From: Alphaproteobacteria bacterium
GTDB lineage: Bacteria > Pseudomonadota > Alphaproteobacteria > JAAEOK01
Length of the DNA: 64,000 nucleotides
NCBI GenBank assembly: GCA_024244705.1
Contig: JAAEOK010000042.1
Location: forward strand, 88,764-152,763
Reading direction: 5' to 3'
The position numbers were made by a program, and so were the translations under genes. Positions 9,110 to 20,178 of this stretch are shown piece by piece. The notes beneath the pieces were generated by a model. That model was not told where the DNA came from and did not search any database. It saw nothing but the letters and a program-made list of their open reading frames with translations. Position 1 is the stretch's first letter. Each line of letters begins with the position of its first letter.

Positions 9110-9769
9110 CTAGGACTCTTCTCCCAGCGCTTGATTGAAATCGTCCTCAAACTCGTCGACTTCCCCGATGTCGTCGGCACCGCTCGGATGCTCGTCCGGA
9201 TCGGGTCCGGTGGAAACACCGGCGACGGTCTCGATGGCCGGCCGCGAATCCAACAAACCGGCGCCCTTGAGTTCCTCGATCCCGGGCAGATCGTCGAGCC
9301 CTTCGAGGCCGAAATGATCGAGGAATCCGGTGGTCGTGACCCAGGTTACCGGGCGACCCGGTGTGCGCCGCCGCCGGCCCGGTCTTACCCAGCCGCTCTC
9401 GAGGAGTGTGTCCAGGGTGCCCCGGCTAATCTGCACGCCCCGAATCTCCTCGATTTCGGCGCGCGTAACCGGCTGGTGGTAAGCGATGATTGCCAAGATC
9501 TCCACGGCCGCCCGCGACAGCTTGCGGCTAACGACAGTTTCCGTGCGCAGAAGTGGTGCGAGATCCGGCGCCGTCCGAATCGCCCATCGGCCATCGCGCC
9601 GCAGCACGTTGACCCCGCGATTGGCATAGAGCGATTCGAGCTCCCTCATCAGCGCATCGACGTCCGTCCCCTCGGGCAGGCGCGACGCGATCGTCCGTGC
9701 ATCGACCGGTTCCGCAGCGGCAAAGAGTATCGCCTCGATCAGGCGCAGGTGTTCGTGATCTTCACTCAT
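9110..9769 (-). CDS. scpB: segregation and condensation protein B
   Basis: LIEAILFAAAEPV..., HQPVTRAEIEEIRGV..., winged-helix ScpB motifs. Start at the internal Met, overlapping the scpA stop (ATGA). Confidence 0.85.
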   Translation of the reverse strand: MSEDHEHLRLIEAILFAAAEPVDARTIASRLPEGTDVDALMRELESLYANRGVNVLRRDGRWAIRTAPDLAPLLRTETVVSRKLSRAAVEILAIIAYHQPVTRAEIEEIRGVQISRGTLDTLLESGWVRPGRRRRTPGRPVTWVTTTGFLDHFGLEGLDDLPGIEELKGAGLLDSRPAIETVAGVSTGPDPDEHPSGADDIGEVDEFEDDFNQALGEES

Positions 9770-10560
9770 GTCGATGTCCGTTTCGCCCGCACGAAGATTG
9801 GGCCGAAGAGTTTGTCCTGACGTAACTGCACGTGGCCTGATTTTGCCAATTCGAGACTGGCCCCGAACGTCGCGGCGACCGCCGACCTTCGAGTCAGAGG
9901 GTCGGCCAGGCCCTTCGGCAGATAGCTCGAAAGCGTCGCCCAATCCGGCATGGAGTCAAGCTTTTCGGTCAATCGAACGAGCGCTTCCTCGATTGAAAAC
10001 AGTATGACCGGATCGGAAATGCTGTAGGTCCCACCGGTGGTCCGGCGCTGCTGCAAACTGTAGGATTTCAGGAGCTCGAACAGGCTCGCGTCGTAGACCG
10101 AACTGCGCAGCACGGGAAACGATTCGGGCTCGCCGCGCGGGAATACGTCGCGGCCCAGGTGCGGGCGCTCGAACAAGGCGGCGCCGGCGTTACGCATGGA
10201 TTCCAGGCGGCGCAGTTGGAACGCCAAGGCAGCCGCCATCTCGGCGCCGGTCGGCTGTTCGCCGTCGTCGTCCGGCGGCGGCAGCAGCAGCCGGGATTTC
10301 AGATAGGCGAGCCAGGCCGCCATGACCAGATAATCGGCGGCCACCTCGAGGCGAAGATCCCGGGCGGCAGCGATGAAGGCGAGGTATTGCTCAGCCAACC
10401 GAAGTATCGAGATCTTGGTGAGATCGACCTTTTGCTCCCGGGCCAGCGCGAGAAGGACATCGAGCGGCCCCTCATAGGCCCCCAATTCGACCACCAGTCC
10501 GCCCTCGTTCGGCGGTGGTTGAAAATCGGTCTCAAGCCCGAATCCTTCGTCCGTAACCAT
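9766..10560 (-). CDS. scpA: segregation and condensation protein A
   Basis: ScpA/kleisin-like N-terminal region (LDVLLALAREQKVDLTKISILRLAEQYL). Upstream of scpB. Confidence 0.85.
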   Translation of the reverse strand: MVTDEGFGLETDFQPPPNEGGLVVELGAYEGPLDVLLALAREQKVDLTKISILRLAEQYLAFIAAARDLRLEVAADYLVMAAWLAYLKSRLLLPPPDDDGEQPTGAEMAAALAFQLRRLESMRNAGAALFERPHLGRDVFPRGEPESFPVLRSSVYDASLFELLKSYSLQQRRTTGGTYSISDPVILFSIEEALVRLTEKLDSMPDWATLSSYLPKGLADPLTRRSAVAATFGASLELAKSGHVQLRQDKLFGPIFVRAKRTST

Positions 10561-10567
10561 GGTTAGC

Positions 10568-11263
10568 CTATGATAATCCGACCAGATTCAAGATGATCTC
10601 CGCCAGGAACGATACCGGCACGAGGATAATATATTCGATCGGGTTGAAGTCGAGGCCGATTGCGTTGGTGACCATCGGAGCGAGAAATAGGATTCCGATG
10701 ATGAGCACCAAGCCGACCCGTTCGAGCCGTGCCAGGCGGAAGGCCATGGCGTCGGGCAGCAATCCGACCGCGACCCGGCCGCCATCGAGCGGTGGTATGG
10801 GAAACATGTTAAAGACGGCCAATACAAGATTGATAATCAGGGAATTTCTTAGATTCTCAAACACCCACTGGCCGAACTCCAGCGGCAATATCGGGATAAT
10901 GTGAATGAGGGCGGCGCTGATCAACGCCAGCCCGAGATTGGTACCGGGCCCGGCCGCCGCGACCAGGATCATGTCCCGGCGCGGGTGCTTGAGCCGGCTG
11001 AAATTGACCGGCACCGGCTTGGCATAGCCGAAGATGAACGGAGATCGCGCGATCAATAAGACCGCCGGGATGAGAATCGTTCCCACCGGATCGATGTGCT
11101 TGAACGGGTTGAATGTCACCCGACCTTTGACGAAAGCGGTCGGATCGCCGAGACGCCACGCGACATAGCCATGGGCGGCTTCGTGGAAGGTAATGGCAAT
11201 GATAACCGGCAGTGCCCAAACCGAGAGCCCGGTCAGAATGGCGTCGAAATCTATCCCCATCAT
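10568..11263 (-). CDS. site-2 protease family (M50) membrane zinc metalloprotease
   Basis: HEAAH zinc motif in a TM helix (ITFHEAAHGYVAW). Polytopic. Start assigned to MMGIDFD. Confidence 0.75.
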   Translation of the reverse strand: MMGIDFDAILTGLSVWALPVIIAITFHEAAHGYVAWRLGDPTAFVKGRVTFNPFKHIDPVGTILIPAVLLIARSPFIFGYAKPVPVNFSRLKHPRRDMILVAAAGPGTNLGLALISAALIHIIPILPLEFGQWVFENLRNSLIINLVLAVFNMFPIPPLDGGRVAVGLLPDAMAFRLARLERVGLVLIIGILFLAPMVTNAIGLDFNPIEYIILVPVSFLAEIILNLVGLS

Positions 11264-11270
11264 GCCAGCC

Positions 11271-12281
11271 TTAGCCCAAAAGGTCGGCCAGCGCCGCGGA
11301 AGCCGCTGCAACGTCGAAATCGGCCGCAGCCCCGATCAGCCGTGTCCCACGCTCGTAGCGTTCCCATCCCGCAGCGCCGAGTTCCGGGCATTCATCGGCG
11401 ATCTCGCGCATTTCGGTCAGATCTCCATTGCAATGAAGAATCACATCGCAACCGGCGGCAAGACTGAGCCGGGTACGATCGGCCATCGAACCGGCGAGCG
11501 CACCCATGCTGAGGTCGTCGGTCAACAGCAGACCGTCGAATCCGATTTCCCGGCGGATGACTTCTTCGATTACGACCTTGGAGAGGGTCGCCGCCATGGT
11601 CGGATCAAGCTGCTCATACAGGACATGCGCGGTCATCGCCCAAGGCATGTCGCGCAGCGCCTGAAACGGCACAAAATCAGTCTCCGCGAGCGCCGCCCTC
11701 GACGCATCGACGCGGGGCAGGCTCTTGTGACTGTCGGCCCGCGCCCGGCCATGCCCCGGTATATGCTTGATCACCGGCGTGACGCCCCCAGCCATCAGCC
11801 CTTCGCATGCCGCGCGCCCCAGTTCCGCGACGACCAAGGGATCGTCGCAATAGGCCCGGTCGCCGATGATGTCATGGGATCCCGCGGCCGGAATGTCGAG
11901 CACGGGCAGGCAATCGACATCGATGCCGATCGCCAGCAACTCGGCGGCAAGGAGGCGCGCGTTCAAACGAACCGCATCTTTGGCGCGGTCTTTATCGATT
12001 GCCGCCAAGCGGCCAAAAACGGCCGCCGCAGGAGCATCCCGCCAATGCGGGGGAGACAGCCGCTGAACCCGGCCGCCTTCCTGGTCGATCAGGACCGGGG
12101 CCCTGGAACGGTCGATGCATTCGCGCATGGCGAGTGTTAGCGCAGCGACCTGTTTCGGGCTTTCGCAATTCCGCGCGAACATAATGAAACCGAGCGGCGA
12201 CACGCTGCGGAAGAACGCCTTTTCTTCCGAGGTGAGTTCCAAACCGCCGCACCCGAAGATGACCGCTTTCGGCCTAGCCAT
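11271..12281 (-). CDS. nagZ: beta-N-acetylhexosaminidase (GH3, NagZ)
   Basis: GH3 NagZ signatures (KHIPGHGRARADSH, LLTDDLSMGA). Confidence 0.85.
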   Translation of the reverse strand: MARPKAVIFGCGGLELTSEEKAFFRSVSPLGFIMFARNCESPKQVAALTLAMRECIDRSRAPVLIDQEGGRVQRLSPPHWRDAPAAAVFGRLAAIDKDRAKDAVRLNARLLAAELLAIGIDVDCLPVLDIPAAGSHDIIGDRAYCDDPLVVAELGRAACEGLMAGGVTPVIKHIPGHGRARADSHKSLPRVDASRAALAETDFVPFQALRDMPWAMTAHVLYEQLDPTMAATLSKVVIEEVIRREIGFDGLLLTDDLSMGALAGSMADRTRLSLAAGCDVILHCNGDLTEMREIADECPELGAAGWERYERGTRLIGAAADFDVAAASAALADLLG

Positions 12282-12282
12282 G

Positions 12283-13083
12283 CTAACGCCGCACCACGAG
12301 ACACCCGACGTTGCGTTGGGTCAACACGGCACACAACCGTTTCCCTTCGGCCTCGGTGGCAATCGGACCCGCTTGAACGCGGTAGTAGACGCCCTTATCC
12401 TCGCCGAGATCGATTTTCTGGATTACCGGCTCGAGGTCCGCCAGGACATCATAGTGCTTGCCAATCAGGGCGTCCCAAGCCCCAGCGGCGGCGGCCGGCG
12501 ATCGCATCGAAGCGAGCTGCAGCCGAAACGGCGAAAGATCGAATTCGGCGCCCTGTTGGGTCGACCCGTCGACGCTCGCCGTTTCGGCGGCGCCAGACTC
12601 GGCAACGACCGGCGGCGGTGGCTTGGCACCTGGCGTGCTCGGAATATCTTCATTCGCTGTTTCGGTCGTCGCGGGCGGGGTCGCTACCGGTGGAAGGGTA
12701 CTCGACTCCGGCTGGGCCAACTCCGGCATGGGTTTGGGACGGCGTGTGATGATTGGCTCTTCCGGGCCCGGCCCAAGCTGCGCTTCCTCTTCCTTGGCCG
12801 GACCGGGTGCGATCTTGCCGTAGACCAAGGTATCGCGATAAGGCACTTCCATGCCGCCCGGTGCCTCGGGGCGGACTTTGATCGGCTTCGCGTCGGCGGT
12901 GATTACCGGCGCCACGCTTTCGCTGCCATAGCGGATACCCTCGGTATAGGCATACCACATTCCGATACCGAACCCCGCGAAGACGACGAGTACGAGCACG
13001 CCCACCCATACCCGGCGGCGGCGAGGTCTTTCCTCGAACGTAGTTGGTTCCCCTGCGTGATCGTCAAAATCCTCGGACGTCAC
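12283..13083 (-). CDS. SPOR domain-containing protein (septal peptidoglycan binding), single TM, Pro-rich linker
   Basis: C-terminal SPOR-like segment ([11 protein letters not shown]...YYRVQAGP). N-terminal [25 protein letters not shown] start at 13083 overlapping the argS stop (GTGA). The ORF-track 317-aa extension would overlap argS. Confidence 0.6.
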   Translation of the reverse strand: MTSEDFDDHAGEPTTFEERPRRRRVWVGVLVLVVFAGFGIGMWYAYTEGIRYGSESVAPVITADAKPIKVRPEAPGGMEVPYRDTLVYGKIAPGPAKEEEAQLGPGPEEPIITRRPKPMPELAQPESSTLPPVATPPATTETANEDIPSTPGAKPPPPVVAESGAAETASVDGSTQQGAEFDLSPFRLQLASMRSPAAAAGAWDALIGKHYDVLADLEPVIQKIDLGEDKGVYYRVQAGPIATEAEGKRLCAVLTQRNVGCLVVRR

Positions 13084-14834
13084 CGCATCTCCTCCACGGG
13101 CGTCACGTCGAACACCTCCAGACCGGACGCGATCACGATGGCCATCGCGCGCACCAGGGCCATTCGCGCCAGTGTCGCCGGCATGTCGTCCGCCTTCACG
13201 AATCGCAGGCTGGCATCGTCCCTGCCCTTTGTCCATAGGTGGTGGAAGGCGGCGGCAAGATCATACAGGTAGAAGGCCAAGCGATGCGGCTCATGCGCCT
13301 CGGCGGCGGCCTCGAGTGCCCGCGGCCAGGTCGCCATCGCCTTGACCAAGGCCATCTCCTCTGGCGATCCGAGCGGCGACAAGTCGACGCCGGCCAGCGC
13401 CGCGTCTGATAGGTCGGCGTCGGGAAAGGTTTCGCGCGCCTGACGCATGACGGAGCAATGCCTGGCATGGGCGTATTGCACATAGAATACCGGGTTGTCC
13501 CGGGATTGTTCGGTGACCTTCGCCAGATCGAAGTCCAATGGCGCATCGTTTTTCCGGGTCAGCATGATGAACCTGATGACATCCTTGCCGACCTCGTCGA
13601 TCACGGCGCGCATGGTGACGAAGGACCCGGCCCGCTTCGACATCTTGATCGGCGCCCCGTTGTCGAGCAGGTTGACCATCTGGCAAATCTTGACGTCGAG
13701 TTCGGCTTCCCCGTCCGATACCGCGGCAACCGCCGCCTTCATGCGCTTGATATAGCCCCCGTGATCGGCGCCCCAGACATCGATCATGGCGCGGAAGCCG
13801 CGCCGGTACTTGTCGTAATGATTGGCGATATCGCTGGCGAAATAGGTCCACGAACCGTCCGATTTCCGGAGCGGCCGGTCGACATCGTCGCCGAATTCCG
13901 TCGCCCGGAACAAGGTCTGCGGTCGCGGCTCCCAATCTTCCGGCGCTTTGCCCTTCGGCGGTTTCAGCACGCCGGTATAGATCAGGCCGCGGTCCTGCAG
14001 GGCGGCCAACGCCGCGTCGACGGCGCCTTCGTCTACCAATGTGCGCTCGGAGGTAAAAACCTCTTGGCGAACGCCGAGCGCCGCGAGGTCGTCTCGAACG
14101 AGATCCATCATCGCCGATATGGCGAAATCACGGACAACCGGGAGCCATTCCTGCTCGTCGACATCGCGCCATTTATCGCCGTCGCGCGCCGCCAGGGCCC
14201 GGCCAACAACTTCGAGGTAGGCGCCCGGATAAAGGCCCGACGGGATGGTGCCGATATCCTCGCCGAGCGCTTCCCGGTACCGAAGATAAGCCGACCGGGC
14301 CAGGGTATCGACCTGGCTGCCGGCGTCATTGATGTAGTACTCGCGGGTGACCTTATGGCCGGTTTTTTCGAGCAGCGCCGCCAACACATCGCCAAACACC
14401 GTTCCTCGCGCATGGCCGACATGGAGCGGACCGGTCGGATTGGCGGAAACATACTCGACATTGACCAGGGCCCCGCCGCCCATGTCGGACTCGCCGTAGG
14501 CGGTCCCCTCGCGCAATATGATTTCGAGCTCGTGCAGCCACACCGAGGCCGCGACCCGCAGATTGACGAACCCGGGGCCGGCGATTTCCGCTTCCACTAC
14601 ATTGGGCAGCGCACGGCAACGCTCGACAATCATCGCCGCCAGATCGCGCGGTTTCATGCCGGCCTGCTTGGCTAAGACCATGGCGGCGTTCGTCGACAGG
14701 TCGCCATGGGCGGAATCGCGCGGCGGCTCGACCGTCACGCGCCCCACGTCGAGGCCCGCCGGCAAAATGCCATCACCCGCCAATTCTTCAAGTATCAACA
14801 GAAGATCTTTATTGAAATTACTGAAAACAGACAT
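13080..14834 (-). CDS. argS: arginine--tRNA ligase
   Basis: Class I aaRS HIGH-type motif ([12 protein letters not shown]), KMSKR motif ([10 protein letters not shown]), C-terminal anticodon-binding DALR region. Start at the internal Met MSVFSNF... Confidence 0.9.
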   Translation of the reverse strand: MSVFSNFNKDLLLILEELAGDGILPAGLDVGRVTVEPPRDSAHGDLSTNAAMVLAKQAGMKPRDLAAMIVERCRALPNVVEAEIAGPGFVNLRVAASVWLHELEIILREGTAYGESDMGGGALVNVEYVSANPTGPLHVGHARGTVFGDVLAALLEKTGHKVTREYYINDAGSQVDTLARSAYLRYREALGEDIGTIPSGLYPGAYLEVVGRALAARDGDKWRDVDEQEWLPVVRDFAISAMMDLVRDDLAALGVRQEVFTSERTLVDEGAVDAALAALQDRGLIYTGVLKPPKGKAPEDWEPRPQTLFRATEFGDDVDRPLRKSDGSWTYFASDIANHYDKYRRGFRAMIDVWGADHGGYIKRMKAAVAAVSDGEAELDVKICQMVNLLDNGAPIKMSKRAGSFVTMRAVIDEVGKDVIRFIMLTRKNDAPLDFDLAKVTEQSRDNPVFYVQYAHARHCSVMRQARETFPDADLSDAALAGVDLSPLGSPEEMALVKAMATWPRALEAAAEAHEPHRLAFYLYDLAAAFHHLWTKGRDDASLRFVKADDMPATLARMALVRAMAIVIASGLEVFDVTPVEEMR

Positions 14835-15997
14835 TATTCGAGGTTCAAACGATGTTGCTCCAGAGCGTATCGGTCGGTCATTCCGGCGATATAGTCGGCG
14901 ATTGATCGGGCGCGCCGCGGCATATCCTCGGGCTGAAATCGGCTCTGCCATTCCAGCGGCAGCGCGGACGGATTGCTCATATAGAACTCGAACAACGCGC
15001 CGACGACGCGCCGGGCATTCGCACTCATTTCATTGACGTGGGGGTGTCGATACATGTGCGCGAACAGAAAGTCACGCAAGACCGCGAGTTGTGCCACCGT
15101 TTCCGCAGAGAACCCGACCACCGGATTAATGTGCCGACGAATGTCGGCGGCGGTGGATGGCGCCAATTCGTTGATGCGGCTGGTCGTCTCCTGAACGAGA
15201 TCGTCGACCATGTGGGTGATCAGCCGGCGAACGACTTCGTTTATGAAACGGTGGGGTTCGATATCGCCGTACCGGTCGCGCACATCGTCGATAAGGCTGC
15301 CGACCATCGGCACATCGGCGATATCGGCGGTCGCGAACAGCCCGGCGCGCAATCCGTCGTCGATGTCATGGTTGCTATAAGCGATATCGTCGCAGAGTGC
15401 CGCGATCTGGGCTTCGGGACCGCACCACGTCGCCAGCTCAAGGTCGTGTTCGGCCACATAATCGGTGATCGCCGCCGGAATCGGCCCCCTATCCTCGCTT
15501 TCTGAAACCGGTCCGTTGTGCTTGACCACGCCTTCCAACGTTTCCCATGTCAGATTGAGCCCATCGAAATTCGCATAACGCCGCTCGAGCCGGGTCAGGA
15601 TCCGCAACGTCTGAGCATTGTGGTCGAAACCGCCAAAAGGGCGCATGACTTCGTCGAGAGCCTCTTCGCCGGCGTGACCAAACGGCGTGTGGCCGAGATC
15701 GTGCGCCAAAGCGACCGCCTCTCCAAGATCGTCGTCAAGGCCCAGCGCTCGGCAGATCGAGCGGGTAATTTGGGCGACTTCGAGCGAATGGGTCAGGCGC
15801 GTACGATAATGGTCGCCCTCGTGATTGACGAAGACCTGGGTCTTGTATTCCAGGCGGCGGAAGGCGGCGCAATGGATGATCCGGTCCCGATCCCGCTGGA
15901 ACGGCGTACGGCTCGTGCTCTCGACTTCCGGGAAAAGCCGGCCGCGTGTCAGTTCGGCGTGACTGGCAAAGGGCGCCAGCGTTCGGTAGGTTGTCAT
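14834..15997 (-). CDS. dgt: deoxyguanosinetriphosphate triphosphohydrolase-like protein (HD domain)
   Basis: HD-domain motif HSLEVAQI...[10 protein letters not shown]. Typical dGTPase length. 1-nt overlap with the argS start. Confidence 0.85.
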   Translation of the reverse strand: MTTYRTLAPFASHAELTRGRLFPEVESTSRTPFQRDRDRIIHCAAFRRLEYKTQVFVNHEGDHYRTRLTHSLEVAQITRSICRALGLDDDLGEAVALAHDLGHTPFGHAGEEALDEVMRPFGGFDHNAQTLRILTRLERRYANFDGLNLTWETLEGVVKHNGPVSESEDRGPIPAAITDYVAEHDLELATWCGPEAQIAALCDDIAYSNHDIDDGLRAGLFATADIADVPMVGSLIDDVRDRYGDIEPHRFINEVVRRLITHMVDDLVQETTSRINELAPSTAADIRRHINPVVGFSAETVAQLAVLRDFLFAHMYRHPHVNEMSANARRVVGALFEFYMSNPSALPLEWQSRFQPEDMPRRARSIADYIAGMTDRYALEQHRLNLE

Positions 15998-16127
15998 GGA
16001 CGGACCCTATAGCCCGTGGCACTTCGGGCAACAAGCGCTGACCCTATCCCGATATTGAAAAACCGGTCTTTGCTGATTATCTCGACGACAGGACACCGAA
16101 TACCGCGTCAACAGGCGAAAATGTAAT

Positions 16128-16478
16128 ATGTCGCTCACCGAGACCCCAACAACCGGGATGTCGATCAGCCCCAGCGCGGCCCGCCGTATCGCGGAATTGC
16201 GCGCCGCCGAAAGCAATCCGACCCTTATGCTTCGGGTCTCGGTCTCGGGTGGCGGATGCTCCGGATTCCAATATGGGTTCGCGTTCGACGACACGATCAA
16301 CGAGGACGACCAGGTCTTCGAGCGAGGCGACGTCCGAATCGTCGTCGATTCGGTTTCTCTGGATTTCCTCAATGGCTCGGAACTCGACTACGTCGAAGAA
16401 CTGCTCGGGTCCTATTTCGCGGTCCAAAATCCCAACGCCAGCTCGTCTTGCGGCTGCGGCACCTCTTTCTCGATCTGA
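16128..16478 (+). CDS. erpA: iron-sulfur cluster insertion protein ErpA (HesB/IscA family)
   Basis: C-terminal CGCGTSF motif plus conserved Cys in GGCSGFQY. Divergent from dgt as commonly seen. Confidence 0.8.
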   Translation: MSLTETPTTGMSISPSAARRIAELRAAESNPTLMLRVSVSGGGCSGFQYGFAFDDTINEDDQVFERGDVRIVVDSVSLDFLNGSELDYVEELLGSYFAVQNPNASSSCGCGTSFSI

Positions 16479-16496
16479 TCGGCCATTCCGCGAGTC

Positions 16497-16530
16497 GGAT
16501 GCGGCCTGACATTGCGCCGCATCGTTAGGT
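16497..16530 (+). terminator. putative intrinsic terminator after erpA (9-bp stem GGATGCGGC/GCCGCATC(G), 10-nt loop, then GTTAGGTTTG)
   Basis: Inverted repeat seen directly. The U-tract is weak. Confidence 0.3.
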
Positions 16531-16570
16531 TTGCGAAACTTCCGGCTTGGCAACGGACGGCGGATTGACA

Positions 16571-17356
16571 ATGACCCGCATCGCGACCTGGAACGTCAAT
16601 TCGATCAAGGCACGGATCGTCAACGTTCTCGATTGGCTCAAGGAAGCCGCACCCGACGTCGTTCTGCTGCAGGAGACAAAGGTCCTCGACGAAAATTTTC
16701 CGCTGATCGAGGTCGAGGATCTCGGCTACAACGTCGAAGCGGTGGGTCAAAAGACCTACAACGGCGTCGCGATTTTTTCCAAGCACCCAATAGAAGTCGC
16801 CCAGCGCCGGCTTCCCGGTGACGACGACGATGATCAGGCGCGCTATGTCGAGGCGTTTACCGCCGGCCTTCGCGTGGCATCGATCTATTTGCCCAACGGC
16901 AACCCGGTCGATTCGCCGAAATTTACCTATAAGCTCTCGTGGATGGCACGCCTGACCGATCACGTTCGTGGGCTGCTGGCCCTCGAAGAGCCGCTCGTTC
17001 TCGGCGGCGACTACAATCTGTGCCCGACCGATGCCGATGTCTACGATCCCATTCGCTTCGCCGACGACGCCTTATGCCGCGCCGAATCCCGGCACCATTA
17101 CCGCGCCCTGGTCAATCTCGGACTCACCGACTCGTTCCGCGTTCTCAATCCTCGACAAGGCATATACAGCTATTGGGACTACCAAAGCGGGCGCTGGAAT
17201 AAGGACGAAGGCCTACGGATCGATCATCTGTTGCTGTCGGCCGAAGCCGCGGACAGGCTGCTCGCCTCGGGCATTGACCGCACTCCGCGGGGCAAGGAAA
17301 AACCCTCGGATCACACGCCGGCGTGGGTTGAACTCGCGGAGCCCGGCGCGGCGTGA
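16571..17356 (+). CDS. xthA: exodeoxyribonuclease III
   Basis: MTRIATWNVNSIKAR..., QETK, DHxP... (SDHTPAWVEL) Xth/Ape1 family motifs. Start at the internal Met. Confidence 0.85.
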   Translation: MTRIATWNVNSIKARIVNVLDWLKEAAPDVVLLQETKVLDENFPLIEVEDLGYNVEAVGQKTYNGVAIFSKHPIEVAQRRLPGDDDDDQARYVEAFTAGLRVASIYLPNGNPVDSPKFTYKLSWMARLTDHVRGLLALEEPLVLGGDYNLCPTDADVYDPIRFADDALCRAESRHHYRALVNLGLTDSFRVLNPRQGIYSYWDYQSGRWNKDEGLRIDHLLLSAEAADRLLASGIDRTPRGKEKPSDHTPAWVELAEPGAA

Positions 17357-18672
17357 AATCCAACAACCCGACGCCCGGTTCATTGCCGAAACCGGTATCG
17401 GCCGCGACCGCCGTCAGCGGCATCGCCTCCGGCGAGCGTGTTCTTATCGGCAGCGGGGCAGCCGAACCGCGAATGCTGGTCGAGGCCATGACCGCCCGCG
17501 CCGATCAGCTTCGCGGCGTCGATATCGTTCACATCATGACACTCGGGCCTGCACCCTACACCAATCCGGAATACGCCGAGAGCTTCAAGCACACGGCCTT
17601 TTTCGTCGGTACGAATACGCGCCAAGCCGTGCTCGACGGTCGCGCCGATGCGGTTCCGATCTTTCTCGGCGAGATACCGGCGCTGTTTCACGAACGCCTG
17701 CCGCTCGACTGGGTGTTGGTTCAGCTCAGCCCGCCGGACCGCCACGGCTTCTGCACCGTGGGCGTCTCCGCCGACCTCGTGGTCTCCGCCATCCGCAACG
17801 CCCGCCACGTGGTCGCCGAGTTGAACCCCCAGATGCCTCGAACCCTTGGCCAAACGGCGGTTCATGTGAGCAAGCTTCACGCTGTCGTCGAGGTCGACCA
17901 CCCGTTGCCCGAGTTGCCACCGATTGATCCCAACGAAGTCACGACGCGGATTGGCGCCAATGTGGCGAGCCTGATTCGCGACGGCGACTGCCTGCAGATC
18001 GGTATTGGCGGCATTCCCAACGCGGCGGTGGCTCAAATTGCCGACCGCCGGCATTTGGGCATTCACACCGAAATGCTGACCGATGGCATCGTCGAGCTGT
18101 TCGAGGCCGGCGCCATAGACGGCAGCCTCAAATCTTTGATGCCGGAAAAAATCGTTTGCAGCTTTGCCATGGGCACCAAGCGGCTCTACGAATTCGTCGA
18201 CGATAATCCGTTGTTATTCTTTGCCGGCAACGAATTCACCAACGATCCTTTCACAATCGCGCGGAACGACAATGTCGTGGCGGTCAACAGCGCGATCGAA
18301 GTCGACCTCAGCGGGCAGGTGAACAGCGATTCCTTCGGTGTCGAATTCTATTCCGGAATCGGCGGCCAGGTCGACTTCATGCGCGGCGCCGCGCGCAGCC
18401 GCGGCGGCCGACCGATCATTGCGCTGCCGAGCACGGCAAAAGATAAAGCGCTCAGCCGTATCGTGCCGACCCTGAGACCGGGCGCTGGCGTCGTAACCAG
18501 TCGCGGCGACGTCCATTATGTGGTGACAGAACACGGCGTCGCCGATCTCTATGCCAAGGGGGTTCACGAGCGCACGGCCGCGTTGATCGAGATCGCTCAT
18601 CCCAAATTTCGCGACGAACTCGAAGCCAAGGCCCATGAGCTTCGACTCCTGCCACGGGGAGCCGCCGGGTGA
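17353..18672 (+). CDS. acetyl-CoA hydrolase/transferase family protein (4-hydroxybutyrate/succinyl-CoA:acetate CoA-transferase-like)
   Basis: Two-domain CoA-transferase family III profile (GIGGIPNAAVAQI, EVDLSGQVNSDS, GGQVDFMRGA). ATGA overlap with xthA. Confidence 0.8.
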   Translation: MKSNNPTPGSLPKPVSAATAVSGIASGERVLIGSGAAEPRMLVEAMTARADQLRGVDIVHIMTLGPAPYTNPEYAESFKHTAFFVGTNTRQAVLDGRADAVPIFLGEIPALFHERLPLDWVLVQLSPPDRHGFCTVGVSADLVVSAIRNARHVVAELNPQMPRTLGQTAVHVSKLHAVVEVDHPLPELPPIDPNEVTTRIGANVASLIRDGDCLQIGIGGIPNAAVAQIADRRHLGIHTEMLTDGIVELFEAGAIDGSLKSLMPEKIVCSFAMGTKRLYEFVDDNPLLFFAGNEFTNDPFTIARNDNVVAVNSAIEVDLSGQVNSDSFGVEFYSGIGGQVDFMRGAARSRGGRPIIALPSTAKDKALSRIVPTLRPGAGVVTSRGDVHYVVTEHGVADLYAKGVHERTAALIEIAHPKFRDELEAKAHELRLLPRGAAG

Positions 18673-20150
18673 CCGACGACGGCGGGGCCACACCCGAGGT
18701 CGAAACCATCCGCATCGCCCTGGGACGCGACCATCGGATGATCGCCGTGGCGAGCACCGCGTTGGGCGACGGCATGAAGATACTGGGCCTGGCGGACGAA
18801 AAGGCCGATGGACTCAAGACCCTGATCGAATCTTTCTGCCAAGGCATATCGGCCGATGATCGAATGTTCGATGAGCAACCGCGCTGCGAACTCGCGCTTC
18901 TCTCCCGGCCGGGATCGCTCGTCGTTCGCATTGACGATGAAGGCATGCCGTGGAACCACGCCGCCGATATTACCGATCCCGAATCGCCGTTGTTCGAGTC
19001 ATTCCACGGCGGAGTGGTTGATGAGGTTCATATTCTAGACCGTGGCCGGCAAGGTAATCGGGCGGAGTTCATCGTGCGGCATCGCGGACACGGCGCCGAT
19101 ACCCGGGCTTCATTGGATCCGAGCGATCATGAGGCGCGCCGCACCGCGCCCCTTGTGCCCGCCGACGCGCCAATCCGGATCCGCCCCATGAAACCCGACG
19201 ACGCGGCGGGCGTGGCGCGCTGCGTCTACCTATCCTACGGCTACACTTACGATGCCGACTGGGTCTACCAGCCGGACGCCATCAAGCACATGCTCGAGAC
19301 CGGCTTGCTCCATTCCTGCGTTGCGGTATCGGCCGAGGATGAAATCGTCGGTCACTTGGCCCTGCTCAAACCCGCGCCCGATGCCGGCGTGGTCGAATCG
19401 GGCCAGGCGGTGGTCGACCCCCGCTATCGCGGTCACCATCTGCTCGCCTCGATGAAACGAACTCTCGCCGATTGGGCCGCCGACAATGGGATATTCGGGC
19501 TGTATAGCGAGGCCACGGCGGCGCATCCAATCAGTCAAAAGGCGAATATCGACATCGGCGCCCATGAGACCGGATTGTTGTTAGGCTATATCCCGGCAAC
19601 GGTTTCCTACCGTCAGATCGAAAATGCGGCCGAAAACCGACGGCGCTCGGTCGTGATGTACTATCTCAAGACAAACGACGCCCCGCCAAGGCCGATCTAT
19701 TCGCCGGACCGGCATCGCGACATGATCGCACGCCTCTTTGCCGCGGGCGCGCTCCATGGCCAGCTTGCTCGGTCACCGGGACCGATCGAGTCGGGAGGCA
19801 TCACGCGGTTCGACGTTCAAGTCCGGCGGGATCACAATCAGGCGGTCATTTCGATCAACACCTATGGCTCGGACTTCGCCGATACGGTTCGGCGCCGCCT
19901 TCACGAACTGTGCCTGCATCGGCTCGATTGCATATATCTCGATCTACCCCTCGCCGATCCAGCCACCGAGACCTTCGGCGAGGTGGCCGACAATCTGGGA
20001 TTCCTGTTTGGCGGGATCTTCCCAAACCAGCGGCGTGACGGAGACGTCCTTCGATTTCAGTACCTCAACAACGTCGATGTCTCATTCGACGAGGTCTCGG
20101 TCGTCTCGGATCTCGGTCGCGCCCTCCTCGACTACGTCTCGAAAGCCTGA
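18669..20150 (+). CDS. multidomain protein: N-terminal anti-sigma-factor/HATPase-like region plus central GNAT N-acetyltransferase domain plus C-terminal domain of unknown function
   Basis: GNAT motif region (VAVSAEDEIVGHLALL... VVDPRYRGHHLLASMKRTLADWAADNG). N-terminal segment with RsbW-like features (weak). GTG start overlapping the upstream stop (GTGA). Confidence 0.5.
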   Translation: MTDDGGATPEVETIRIALGRDHRMIAVASTALGDGMKILGLADEKADGLKTLIESFCQGISADDRMFDEQPRCELALLSRPGSLVVRIDDEGMPWNHAADITDPESPLFESFHGGVVDEVHILDRGRQGNRAEFIVRHRGHGADTRASLDPSDHEARRTAPLVPADAPIRIRPMKPDDAAGVARCVYLSYGYTYDADWVYQPDAIKHMLETGLLHSCVAVSAEDEIVGHLALLKPAPDAGVVESGQAVVDPRYRGHHLLASMKRTLADWAADNGIFGLYSEATAAHPISQKANIDIGAHETGLLLGYIPATVSYRQIENAAENRRRSVVMYYLKTNDAPPRPIYSPDRHRDMIARLFAAGALHGQLARSPGPIESGGITRFDVQVRRDHNQAVISINTYGSDFADTVRRRLHELCLHRLDCIYLDLPLADPATETFGEVADNLGFLFGGIFPNQRRDGDVLRFQYLNNVDVSFDEVSVVSDLGRALLDYVSKA

Positions 20151-20178
20151 AGGGTTTAGCCCTTCATCGCGCAATTTG

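Noticed and set aside
19738-20178. N-terminal 147 codons of the 307-aa ORF ending at 20661
   Set aside because: Overlaps the 3' end of the GNAT-fusion gene out of frame. Only the segment from 20179 carries GFA-domain Cys motifs.
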